NCBI GenBank assembly: GCA_964397195.1
Contig: CAYNGY010000003.1
Location: forward strand, 5,836-69,835
Direction: 5' to 3'
Source: an uncultured Gammaproteobacteria bacterium
Lineage (GTDB): Bacteria > Patescibacteriota > Patescibacteriia > SBBC01 > CAIJZX01
Length of the DNA stretch: 64,000 nucleotides
In this document: positions 10,864-20,900 of the stretch, piece by piece
Layout: each line of letters begins with the position of its first letter
Position numbering within the stretch: the first letter of the stretch is position 1
Position numbers and translations under genes: made by a program
The notes under the pieces: model-generated
Seen by the model: the letters and a program-made list of their open reading frames with translations, nothing else
Database searches by the model: none
Told to the model about the DNA's origin: nothing

Positions 10864-11002
10864 AGTGAGGATGATTCTGTTTGGCACCGTTGGGTTGAGC
10901 CCACAAGAAACACCACTGGCGTGGTCATGGCTGTTTTGGGCCGTTCTTGATTTTTATCGCCCAATATGGCAGTATTATCCCTAGCGCGGCCACCGCGTTT
11001 TT

Positions 11003-11695
11003 ATGACCAAGAATCACGGCGTTCGACACCTCGGGATTATTATGGACGGTAACCGTCGCTGGGCGAAGCGACGTGGCTTGCCGCCGTTTGAGGGTCATCG
11101 CCATGGCCACACCATGTTCAAAAAAGTCGGGGATTGGTGTCTTGATCGTGGAATCGAGATCATGACGGTCTATGCGTTTTCCTCCGAAAACTGGAACCGA
11201 TCGAAACGCGAGGTCGGTTTTTTGATGAACCTCCTGACGTACGCGCTGACCCATGACCTTGATGAGTTGCATCGCAAAAATATTCGCCTGCGCGTGATCG
11301 GACGAATTCATGAACTGCCAAAGAAGATTCAGGGTCATATTCGGGTGGCGATGGAGAAGACGAAGAACAACACCCGCGGGACCTTACAGATTGCAGTTAA
11401 TTACGGTGGACGGGCGGAAATTGTCGATGCGATGAAAACAATTTATCGAACGGCGAAATCAGCTTCGGCGATTACGGAAAAAACCGTGAACGATGCTCTG
11501 TATACCGCCGGACAGCCCGATCCCGATATCATCCTCCGTACCTCGGGCGAGCAACGATTGTCCGGTTTCTTGCCGTGGCAGAGCGTTTACAGCGAACTGA
11601 TTTTCGTCAAAAAGAACTGGCCAGATTTCTCTGAGCCCGATCTTGATGCTGTGCTTGATGAATACGTCGCTCGACAGCGGCGGTTCGGGGCCTAA
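11003..11695 (+). CDS. uppS: undecaprenyl-diphosphate synthase (cis-isoprenyl transferase)
   Basis: HLGIIMDGNRRWA motif, and C-terminal RTSGEQRLSGFLPWQS. Confidence 0.9.
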   Translation: MTKNHGVRHLGIIMDGNRRWAKRRGLPPFEGHRHGHTMFKKVGDWCLDRGIEIMTVYAFSSENWNRSKREVGFLMNLLTYALTHDLDELHRKNIRLRVIGRIHELPKKIQGHIRVAMEKTKNNTRGTLQIAVNYGGRAEIVDAMKTIYRTAKSASAITEKTVNDALYTAGQPDPDIILRTSGEQRLSGFLPWQSVYSELIFVKKNWPDFSEPDLDAVLDEYVARQRRFGA

Positions 11696-11700
11696 CGACC

Positions 11701-13011
11701 ATGGCCACCCGACGATCAGTCTCACCCGATCCGACGACGGATCTTTTTTCGCATAGCGCGGATGCTGATGAATCGTTAGCCGGACCGTTGGCGGACCGCT
11801 TACGTCCGTCGTCGCTCGAGGCGTTTGTCGGCCAGGAAACCGTCATTGGCCCAACATCCATTTTGCGCCAAGCGATTACGAATGACGAATTGTTTTCGAT
11901 GATTCTCTGGGGGCCGCCGGGTTCGGGAAAAACAACGCTCGCTCGGATCATCGCCGCACAGACCAAGGCGAGTTTTGTTGGCCTGTCCGGAGTATTCAGC
12001 GCGAAAGATGATTTGGTCCAGGCCGTGCAAGCGGCGCGTGACCGCCGGGCACTCCACCATCAACGAACAATTTTATTTGTCGATGAGATTCACCGCTGGA
12101 ATAAAGCGCAACAGGATGCCTTGTTGCCGTATGTTGAATCGGGGATTGTGACCTTGATCGGGGCGACGACCGAGAATCCGAGTTTCGAAGTGATAGCGCC
12201 GTTGCTGTCACGGTGTAAAGTTTTTGTCTTGGAACGACTCCGCGAGGAGCACCTGTCGTCCATTCTCGACCACGCCGTGACCGATGCGCGTGGCTATGCC
12301 AACTGGGGTGTCACCATCGATCCGAAAGCCCGCGAATTATTGACAGCGGCTTCAAATGGCGATGCGCGGACACTCTTGAATACCCTAGAACTGGCGGTGA
12401 AAGCGACGCCGGCGGAGAACAACGCGCGGCGCATCACCCTTGAGACCGTCGCGGCGGCGTTTCAGCGGCCGAACCTCATGTACGATAAGAAGGGGGACGA
12501 GCATTACAATATTATCTCGGCGTTTATCAAGTCGATGCGCGGCTCGCAACCCGACGCCGCGTTGTATTGGTTGGCGCGAATGCTCGAGGCGGGGGAGGAT
12601 CCGCTCTTTATTGCTCGGCGGATGGTCATTTTTGCCTCGGAAGATGTGTCGTTGGCCGACGATCGGGCCTTGCCGCTGGCTGTCGCCGCTATGCAGGCTT
12701 GTGATATGATTGGGATGCCGGAATGTAGTATCACCTTGTCGCATGTGGTTACCTATCTGGCGACCTGTCCGAAGTCGAATGCTACCTATGTGGCCTACGG
12801 GAAAGCGGTCGCGGACGTCCAAGCAACGTTGAATGAGCCAGTGCCACTCAATCTGCGAAATGCGCCGACCAAGTTGATGAAGGAGCTCGGGTACCATCGT
12901 GACTATAAATATTCGCATAATTACGAAGGTGTCGAAGCCGATCAGCAGTATCGACCGAAGAAAGTCGATGGGAATCAGTATTATGTACCAAAGAAAAGCG
13001 GAACCGCATGA
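11701..13011 (+). CDS. rarA: replication-associated recombination protein A (AAA+ ATPase)
   Basis: Walker A LWGPPGSGKTTLARIIA. MgsA/RarA C-terminal domain present. Confidence 0.9.
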   Translation: MATRRSVSPDPTTDLFSHSADADESLAGPLADRLRPSSLEAFVGQETVIGPTSILRQAITNDELFSMILWGPPGSGKTTLARIIAAQTKASFVGLSGVFSAKDDLVQAVQAARDRRALHHQRTILFVDEIHRWNKAQQDALLPYVESGIVTLIGATTENPSFEVIAPLLSRCKVFVLERLREEHLSSILDHAVTDARGYANWGVTIDPKARELLTAASNGDARTLLNTLELAVKATPAENNARRITLETVAAAFQRPNLMYDKKGDEHYNIISAFIKSMRGSQPDAALYWLARMLEAGEDPLFIARRMVIFASEDVSLADDRALPLAVAAMQACDMIGMPECSITLSHVVTYLATCPKSNATYVAYGKAVADVQATLNEPVPLNLRNAPTKLMKELGYHRDYKYSHNYEGVEADQQYRPKKVDGNQYYVPKKSGTA

Positions 13012-13047
13012 CCATCATGTCGGCAAATAATTCCTCACGCTAACGGG

Positions 13048-13797
13048 ATGATCCACTTCAAACCATTTAAATTCGGCCGCGCGGAGATGGCAATTTTAGG
13101 CCTCTTCGTCTTGATGCTGTTGATCAGTATTGGTATCTCAACCGTACCGTACATTGCCTCCCTCCATGCGCGTTTAACAGAGACGTGGACCCATGCGGCC
13201 TCGCAGTATGGATATGCCGGGGCGTTTGGAGCGGCGTTAATCGGGAGTACGAGTGCGACGGTTTTTTTCCCGTACACCATCATCGTTATTTTTTTGGCGA
13301 CGCAAGGACTGAGCCCATTTTGGCTCGGACTGTTGATGGGGCTGGGAGCCGGGATTGGCCAGATGTTCGGATATATCGTTGGACGGTGGGGGTCGGGATG
13401 GTTCCATCGCCGTAAACCGGAAACGTACGATGCGATGGAGCGCATTCTTCGGGAACGACCCGGGCTCATTTTTCTCTTTATCATTATCTTCGGATCGACG
13501 CCACTACCAGACGACCTCATTCTCATTCCGCTCGGGATGTTACGGTATCCATGGTGGAAGGCGTGGTTACCGTCAACCATAGGTAAGTGTGTGGCCGGAT
13601 GGATTGTGACCTACTCGAGTCGTTTCGTGTACCAGTCGCTAGAATCAAATGCCGCCGCGAGCGCGACCGGCCTGCTGAGCCAGTTTGCAACTATCGCCAG
13701 CTTAGCCGTCGTGGCCTACATCATGCTCCGACTTGACTGGGTAAAAATCATGCATCGCTTACTTGATCGAACCGCGAATGGAGGGACAAGCGTATGA
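13048..13797 (+). CDS. DedA/VTT-family membrane protein
   Basis: Multi-pass membrane protein with the DedA-like core YAGAFGAALIGSTSATVFFPYT...GxxxGxxxGY. Confidence 0.6.
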   Translation: MIHFKPFKFGRAEMAILGLFVLMLLISIGISTVPYIASLHARLTETWTHAASQYGYAGAFGAALIGSTSATVFFPYTIIVIFLATQGLSPFWLGLLMGLGAGIGQMFGYIVGRWGSGWFHRRKPETYDAMERILRERPGLIFLFIIIFGSTPLPDDLILIPLGMLRYPWWKAWLPSTIGKCVAGWIVTYSSRFVYQSLESNAAASATGLLSQFATIASLAVVAYIMLRLDWVKIMHRLLDRTANGGTSV

Positions 13798-14111
13798 CAA
13801 AAGACCGTTGGCTTGATGTCAAAGCATCAATCGTGGAAAAATTTGAAGTGACACGAAATGAGCGGGAGGCGCTCATCGATCGTCCGGGCACCGCTGATAT
13901 TCTAGAATTTACGACACCGGCGGGAAAATTCCGTTTAGAATTTGTCGAGGCCGCCCGGGCGACCGGGATTGCGACGAGTGGTGGGAAGCGAGTTGGTACG
14001 GCTGGTCACGTAACGCATACGTATAGCCATGACGAGCAGATTACCCGGCTCGATGCGTATCGTTGGGATGGAACAACCTGGCAAGCGATGGACGCGGAGG
14101 CGTTCCTGTAA
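13794..14111 (+). CDS. hypothetical protein
   Basis: 105-aa ORF translationally coupled on both sides (ATGA and TAATG). No recognisable domain. Confidence 0.4.
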   Translation: MTKDRWLDVKASIVEKFEVTRNEREALIDRPGTADILEFTTPAGKFRLEFVEAARATGIATSGGKRVGTAGHVTHTYSHDEQITRLDAYRWDGTTWQAMDAEAFL

Positions 14112-14977
14112 TGCCGGAATTGCCGGAAGTCGAGACCATCGTCCGCGAACTGCGCCCGGTCATGGTCGATCGGATCGTGCGGGAGGTTGAAATTCGGCTA
14201 CCGAAAATGGTAAACGTCTCAGCCCGGGTGTTTCGCCGCGCGGTTGTTGGCGCGCGAATAACGGCGGTCCAGCGGCGGGCCAAGCTGGCGATGATCTCCC
14301 TTAGTAGCGGTCAGACGATTATCATCCATCTGAAGATGTCGGGTCAATTGATCTGGCAACCGATGCATGGGCGGATGCGAGTTGGTGGTCATCCGATACC
14401 GGGCGGAACGATCGATCTGCCAAACCGCTATAGCCATGTGATTTTTCGCTGTGTCGGCGGGTCGCTCTACTTTAACGATCAACGACAATTTGGGTATTTG
14501 AAACTCGTACCGACCGACCAGCTCGAGCGGTGGCTTGAAGAGCAGGGGTATGGCCCCGAACCATTAGAATCGGCTTTCACCGTTGAGGTCTTTTCCGGCA
14601 TTCTCCAGCGTCATGCAAAAAAGCGAATCAAGCCGACGTTGATGGATCAGACGGTGATTGCCGGCGTCGGAAATATCTACGCGGATGAAGCGTGTTACAT
14701 TTCTCGGGTTCATCCGTCCCGACGGATTTCCTCCCTAAACGTAACGGAGGTGAGGGCGCTCTGGCGCGGCGTACGCGGGGTGATGGAGTTGTCTTTGCGG
14801 AAGCGAGGGACTACGGCGGATAATTACCGCACGGCGAATGGCGATAAAGGCGGGATGATGCCGTTCTTGAAAGTCTATGGACGAGATGGGATGCCCTGTC
14901 GACGATGTGGTACCACGATTAAAAAGATCGTACTCGCGGGGCGAGGGACGCATTTCTGTCCGACGTGTCAGCGTTAG
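14111..14977 (+). CDS. mutM: formamidopyrimidine-DNA glycosylase
   Basis: N-terminal MPELPEVE (catalytic Pro2). H2TH region. C-terminal zinc finger CRRCG...CPTCQ. Confidence 0.9.
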   Translation: MPELPEVETIVRELRPVMVDRIVREVEIRLPKMVNVSARVFRRAVVGARITAVQRRAKLAMISLSSGQTIIIHLKMSGQLIWQPMHGRMRVGGHPIPGGTIDLPNRYSHVIFRCVGGSLYFNDQRQFGYLKLVPTDQLERWLEEQGYGPEPLESAFTVEVFSGILQRHAKKRIKPTLMDQTVIAGVGNIYADEACYISRVHPSRRISSLNVTEVRALWRGVRGVMELSLRKRGTTADNYRTANGDKGGMMPFLKVYGRDGMPCRRCGTTIKKIVLAGRGTHFCPTCQR

Positions 14978-15417
14978 AACCCGACGAACAGCCCAAACAG
15001 TCCGAAGGCGATAATGATGCCGATGGTCCCGCCAACGAGGGCTTGGAGGGGTGTATGCCCAAGACGTTCGGCTAGGGCGTGCGGGTATTTTGCTTCGATA
15101 TCGTCCGGGAGGTCTTTGATCAGCATATTCAGGACGCGGCCGTGTTGGCTTAAGAACTGACGGAGACCGATAGCGTCGCGCACGATTAACACCCCGAAAA
15201 CCATCGAGACCGCAAAAGCGGCGGAACTGACGCCTTCGGACAGGCCGACCACCGTGGTCACCGAAACGACGAAGGCGGTGTGGGCCGACGGCATGCCACC
15301 GTAGGCGAGGAGATTTTTAAGGTCAAATTCCCCTCGGAGCGCGGCTATGATAAACTTGATGAACTGCGTGACCGCGACCGCAATGAGCGGTATGATGACT
15401 AAATACGGGTAAGACAT
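14974..15417 (-). CDS. divergent PAP2-family (DUF212) membrane phosphatase
   Basis: YGGMPSAHTAFVVS motif typical of the divergent PAP2 family. About 147 aa with 3-4 transmembrane helices. Confidence 0.7.
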   Translation of the reverse strand: MSYPYLVIIPLIAVAVTQFIKFIIAALRGEFDLKNLLAYGGMPSAHTAFVVSVTTVVGLSEGVSSAAFAVSMVFGVLIVRDAIGLRQFLSQHGRVLNMLIKDLPDDIEAKYPHALAERLGHTPLQALVGGTIGIIIAFGLFGLFVGF

Positions 15418-15419
15418 CT

Positions 15420-16247
15420 ATGGTTTTCTCCAATCATATTATCGAAGCTGGATTTTTCGGAGCCGTTCAAGGGCTGACCGAGTTTTTACCGATTTCCAGC
15501 TCGGGCCATTTATTCTTGCTCCATTCTATCATTAATATTCATACCGTCAACGAACAGACCTTTGACGTTGCCTTACATGTTGGGACATTTATCGCGCTCC
15601 TCTGGTATTTCTGGGGTGATGTTTGGCTCTATATTCGAGCGGTGATGGCCTGGGTGCGGACGCGACCGGCGGTGGCGACTGTTGACCAGCGGATGGCCGC
15701 ATATCTCGTTATCTCGGCAGTGCCGGGAGCGATCCTCGGGGCGTTGTTTGAGTCGTGGTTTGAGACGGCGGTCAGGTCACCGCTGGTGGTTGCAGCGACA
15801 CTGATGAGCGCTGGGGTGGCGCTGTGGGCGGCTGATCGTTGGGTGGGCCAGCGGCGCAGTATGGCCGACTTATCATTCTGGCAGGCGGTGGTAATTGGTC
15901 TCGGGCAGGCCCTGGCGCTGATCCCCGGCGTCTCCCGATCCGGGGCGACAATTACCGTCGGTCGTCTCCTTGGCTTAACGCGTGAAGCGGCGGCCCGATT
16001 CTCTTTCCTGATGGCCATTCCAATTGTCGCCGGAGCGGCGCTGAAGAAGAGCGGGGAGCTGGTAAGCGCGCAGATGACGACCGCGCAGACCGTGGATATG
16101 GTTGTTGGTGTCGTGGTGGCAGCCGGAGTTGGGTATTTGGCGATCCGCGGGCTCTTACGATTCGTTTCCCGCCAATCGTATGCTATTTTTGCCATCTACC
16201 GCTTGGCGCTCGGCCTTGTTATTCTGTTGACCGTTTGGCTAAAATAG
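15420..16247 (+). CDS. uppP: undecaprenyl-diphosphate phosphatase
   Basis: BacA/UppP signature GLTEFLPISSSGHL, and PGVSRSGATI. Confidence 0.9.
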   Translation: MVFSNHIIEAGFFGAVQGLTEFLPISSSGHLFLLHSIINIHTVNEQTFDVALHVGTFIALLWYFWGDVWLYIRAVMAWVRTRPAVATVDQRMAAYLVISAVPGAILGALFESWFETAVRSPLVVAATLMSAGVALWAADRWVGQRRSMADLSFWQAVVIGLGQALALIPGVSRSGATITVGRLLGLTREAAARFSFLMAIPIVAGAALKKSGELVSAQMTTAQTVDMVVGVVVAAGVGYLAIRGLLRFVSRQSYAIFAIYRLALGLVILLTVWLK

Positions 16248-16292
16248 CAACGCCCCACCGTGGGGCGGGGCGTGCGTGTGCTGGAGCCGATC

Positions 16293-17297
16293 TTATGATT
16301 GGCTCTTTGGCGCTTGTTGGAAGGCGAAGACGGTGAGTCCGCCGGTGCCAAGAATGGCGATCCATGGCCACCAGACATTCTCTGCACAACCGTAATTGCG
16401 TTCGATGACCGAGAGTACAACGGCGAGACCGATTGCAGTAATAGCCGGCCAGCCTTTGGAAATCGGAACGAAGGCAAAGAGAATGGCGATACCGCCGAGG
16501 AGAGCGAGGAGAATAATGCCCCAGACCCAGTTTTGGCGATTCGTACAGATTTCTTTGGCCTCGTCATCGGTCGTCGTATTCGGTTGAGCGGTGTTGAGAT
16601 TGACCGTTGCGGGTGCGTTCGTGTTTTCGTTGACGGCGGTGTTGGTGTTCGAGGTTGTGTTGGTATTCGCGGTGGTTGTGACGCGAGCCGCGACAACTTT
16701 TAGTTGGGCCGTGGTACTGATATTACCGACGGTGGCGACAACACTTCCCGTGCCGATGGCTGACGGCGTGAAGACGCCTTTGGTGGACATGCTGCCAATG
16801 TCTCCGATCAGCGTCCAGGCGACCTCGAACTTTGAAAGTCGATTGTTATCGGCATCAAACCCCTCGGTCGTGAAAGTTTGGGTTTTATTGAGCGCTACAA
16901 CTTCCGGCGCGCTATCCGGGATGATGGAGAGCTCGGCGAGCGCTCCGGCGGTGATGGTAACCGGGACGGTCACTGTCCCGCCTTGGTAGGCGACCGTGAT
17001 CATCCACGATCCGGCTTTCCCGGGCAGATAGGTGTTGCCAGTAAAGGCCCCACGTGGATCGGTCGTGGTAAACGTGACATTTCCAGTCACATCTTGCGAC
17101 TCGCCGGCTGCGTCGGATGCGACGGCATTCAGCGCTACGGTTTGGTCGGCGGTTAATTGTAGCGTTGACGGGGTGACCGTAAGTTTAGTCACTGGCCCAA
17201 GTGCGTGCGCGGCTTGCCACGGAAGAAATAGTGCGGCAACCGTCAGGACGATAGTACGGAATGACATGCGAAGAAGTTTAAGGGATAAGTTGTCCAT
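16293..17297 (-). CDS. cell-surface protein with Big_2-like Ig domains and C-terminal membrane anchor
   Basis: Signal peptide. Two Ig-like segments (TVTPSTLQLTADQTVALNAVASD..., FTTEGFDADNN...ATVGNISTTAQLKV). Thr/Asn-rich linker. Three C-terminal hydrophobic helices. Confidence 0.6.
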   Translation of the reverse strand: MDNLSLKLLRMSFRTIVLTVAALFLPWQAAHALGPVTKLTVTPSTLQLTADQTVALNAVASDAAGESQDVTGNVTFTTTDPRGAFTGNTYLPGKAGSWMITVAYQGGTVTVPVTITAGALAELSIIPDSAPEVVALNKTQTFTTEGFDADNNRLSKFEVAWTLIGDIGSMSTKGVFTPSAIGTGSVVATVGNISTTAQLKVVAARVTTTANTNTTSNTNTAVNENTNAPATVNLNTAQPNTTTDDEAKEICTNRQNWVWGIILLALLGGIAILFAFVPISKGWPAITAIGLAVVLSVIERNYGCAENVWWPWIAILGTGGLTVFAFQQAPKSQS

Positions 17298-17919
17298 AGA
17301 GGACGAGTCGATACTTTGTAGAAAAAAGTGGTGTACAGGTGAAGATGGTTAAGCGTGGTCCATCGGTTGGAGCGAGAATCTCGGTCTGATCCGGGCGGAC
17401 CGTCTCACGGCCGGAGATTCGATAATCATATTCTACACCATCCCAATAGAGAATAACCGGGTCACCATCTTGCACCTTATCAAGGAGGTACAGCGTGGTA
17501 CTACTGGGTGGGAGATATTGCCAACGATGCCCAGAGAGAACGACGTTACTTCGTTCGATTGGGGTCGAGGTGTTTGGAATGTGCCAAATACCGCCGCGGT
17601 CGAGGACGCGTTCGTCAGGGCCTTCAAGGATCGGCATATTAACGCCGATTCGAGGGATGATGAGTCGATTCTCTTTTGGAACCGGACGATCCGCAATATC
17701 TGGGAGACTTGGGAGCGTTGCGAACGCGGCATCAGTGGCCGAAAGTCGTGTGGTGTAGGGGACGGTTGGGTGTGGTTTTTTGATGGCGTACAGGAGCCGA
17801 GGAAGAAACGGGTAGCCGATGATAGCGAGGCCGAGGATGACGGCGACACCGCCGATGATGCGGCGGATTCGGCGTGTTGCCGAACCCGCCGCCAGTGGTT
17901 TAGGCGAGGACGCGTCCAT
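17278..17919 (-). CDS. sortase-family transpeptidase
   Basis: N-terminal transmembrane helix. His motif LSGHRW. Catalytic TLxTC-like LTIFTCTP. Confidence 0.8.
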   Translation of the reverse strand: MDASSPKPLAAGSATRRIRRIIGGVAVILGLAIIGYPFLPRLLYAIKKPHPTVPYTTRLSATDAAFATLPSLPDIADRPVPKENRLIIPRIGVNMPILEGPDERVLDRGGIWHIPNTSTPIERSNVVLSGHRWQYLPPSSTTLYLLDKVQDGDPVILYWDGVEYDYRISGRETVRPDQTEILAPTDGPRLTIFTCTPLFSTKYRLVLYGQLIP

Positions 17920-20900
17920 GCCGGGCAGTTCGGGTCAGGGTCAGCCCAGCAGCACAGAGCACCATGCCCGCAAGGAAGATGAGGTAGTCGCGGACGCTTG
18001 GACCGGTGGTCGCGAGACCAAGTACGGCCGGCGCTTTGATGGTGACCGCTGCTTTCACGATTTGCTGTTCGAGATCGTCGGCGGTTAAGACAGCAACGTT
18101 CTTGTACACGCCAGCTTTGACCGAGCTCCCAACCTTCACATCGTAGTGGATGACACGAGTGTGACTCGGTTCAATGGTGCCGAGGTTGAAGGTGTGCGTC
18201 CGAGTGCCGGTGTCGACGAAGGTGAATCCGCCCGGTAACGAGTCAGCAATACTCACGTTGGTGGCATCAGCATCGCCGATATTCTTGATCGTGATGGTGT
18301 AGGTGATGATACCGCCTGGTGTGGTTGTGGTTGGTGAGACGGTCTTGATGATGGTCAGGGTTGGCTCACTGGTTGCGCCGAGAACTTGTGGCACCCGGAC
18401 TTCAACGGTGGATGTCGCGATGACGGTAGTGGTGTTGTCACCCTTGGCGCTGGCCGTGTTGATGTAGGTTCCAGCCGGTTGGAACCCGTTGATCTGAACC
18501 ACGTAGGTCAGCGTCTTGGATTGGCCAATTGCGAGGTCGCCAAGACTCGTGGTTTTTGTCGCCAACCCTGTATCGACAAAGGTGAAGCCGTTTGGCAAGG
18601 TGTCGGTCAGAATAACATTCTTGGCGATGTCGGTGGCTGCAGCGGCATTGGTGACGACGACCGTGTAGGTGACGGTCTTCCCCGGGTTGGTGAACCCAAC
18701 GATAGTGTTGGACTTGGTAATCGACAAGCTCGGAGATTTGACGATCGTTGGCGGGTCTTGGTGGTTGCCGAATTGCACAGCGACCGGTGTGCCCGAGACG
18801 AGGCTGACATCAGCCGGGTTGGTTGACGTTTGGGTCCAGCCCGCTTGGTTGATTTCACGGATACGGTACGTACCTGGCCCGAGATCGCTGAAGGTGAAGT
18901 TTCCGCTTACGTCGGTCGTGGTGGTCACTGTGGCGATAAATCCGTCGTTGAGCCCGTAGATTTCTGGATGTGCGAAGCGGAAGGCATCAAACGTATAGAG
19001 CTGGATAGTCCAATTCGCCAGACCTGGCTCACCAGCGGTTTTGAGGCCGTCATTGTTTAGGTCGTTGAATTTTTGGCCGCCAATGCTCGTGCGCTGGAAG
19101 TTTCCGAAATCAACGCGGGCAACGCCGTTGAAGGTGATCGAGATGCCGGTTACAGTCAGAGTATGGTTGGTGTTGATCCAGCCGACTGGCAAGACTTCGG
19201 TGATGCTTTCGGTACCGGTCGGAATATTGTCGATCCGATAGTACCCAAGGGTGTTCGTGATTGCTGACTGACCATGGCTAGTCTGCATGGTAATGCCGGA
19301 GATGACCGGTTCATTCGCGTCCCAGACGCCGTTTCCGTTCAGGTCATTCCATTTGTATCCTTCGATCGCACCGGTGTCGCGCTGATTACAGAGGGTAATT
19401 TCCGTTTCCGCATTGACGTTGACCCAAGCCGAAATACCAGAGATGCCGGTCGTCGAGAATGTTTTTGATTCATCGCGGTTCGAGCATGAGCCATCAGTGC
19501 CGTAGAACCATCCGGTCATGTGGTATCCGGTCACATCGGATTCAGTGATGTTGGTCCAGCCGGTTGGGACGCTGACGCTAGCACCCATCAGGGTGTCCGC
19601 CCCACCGTTCGCCTGCCAGCGGAATCCGAGCGTGTTTGCCAGCCCGTTGTCGGCAATGTACTGACCGGTGCCGGTCGTGTCGACCATCTTATTCACCTTG
19701 ATGGTTCCGGTTTCACGGGCGTTGACGAACGTACAGGTACCGCCTTGGGCTGTGACGCTCAGAGAGGCGCTCGTGCCCTTGAGATCGCTACAGACGCCGC
19801 TGACTGAGTCAGAGGCATATCCGCTTGGACCGCTTTCGGTCACGGTGTAATTGCCAAGCGGCAAAGTGACAGAATCGCCGTGGTGATATGTCCCTTGAAC
19901 GCCATCAATTGTAAACGTCCAGGCGCTTGGGGATTCGTTACCGCCCAGTACTTTTTTCTCGAAGGTGATGGTGCCGGTGCGACGTTGGTTACAGAGGGTA
20001 ATTTCGGTGGTGGCATCGGCCGTGACGTGCGCGATGATCGGTTGCGTCGTAAACTGCGGGTTGGTACAGGTATACCGAACATTGTTCGTGGGGGAGGCAT
20101 TGTAGAACCAACCGACGAAATCGTAGTCGGCCACTGGTTTTTCCGTAACGGTGTAGTCGTCTGGTAGGAGGTTCCCTTCGGAACTGCCCATGTAACGGTC
20201 ATTGGCAATCGCATCGCCAGCGAGCCCCCAGCGGAATGGGGTCGCGGTTCCGGTGACGCCGATGTACTGACCGGTGCCGTTTTCATCAACCATTTTGTTG
20301 ACGGTCAAAGCGCCCGTCATTTGGCGATTGACGAAATCTTTAACGACCGTATTTGGTGATTGCACGGCGACATGGGTGTAGGAACCATTGGCCGGGGTGA
20401 CGTATTCCCATCCGGCTTGCAATGTTTCCCAAACGTCGTAGTCGCCGCTGGTTAATCCGGTAAATTCATAATACCCAGACTGGTTGGTGAAGACACAGGT
20501 AGGTGTGGTGGTTTCAGCGGCGAGTGCGTCCGTATGTGCGCTCGGCTTGAGACATATTTTCCAGTTGGCGAGGCCGTCCTGGTTCGTATCGTACTTGTGA
20601 CCGCTGATTTTTCCGTTCGGGCAATAGGCGCTGTTTTGCACCGTAACGTTGGATGATTGGAACTGTCGATCACTCGCGGCTTGATCGCCGTCGGTCCAGC
20701 CGGTGTTCTTGACGGTCCATGAGCAGATGGTCTTTGTCACCGGTTTGGCTTGCAGGGTCAGGATGCCGTGCTCGTTTGGCCCGATCTCGTGAAGATTGGC
20801 CAGTTGTTTGTGTGATCCGGCGCCGGTAAAACCACTGATCAGCTCGGGGGCCGGGTCGTTATTCTGCAGATCCTGATCATTTTCGATCAGGGTGATGGCC

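Noticed and set aside
10655-10964. Two minus-strand ORFs spanning the tRNA-Pro locus
   Set aside because: They overlap a confidently folded tRNA. Their translations are low-complexity.
15629-16696. Minus-strand ORFs (188 aa, 166 aa) and plus-strand ORFs antisense to uppP and to the Big_2 surface gene
   Set aside because: Compositionally biased (Ala/Thr/Pro/Arg-rich) with no domains. They are fully contained in well-supported genes on the other strand.
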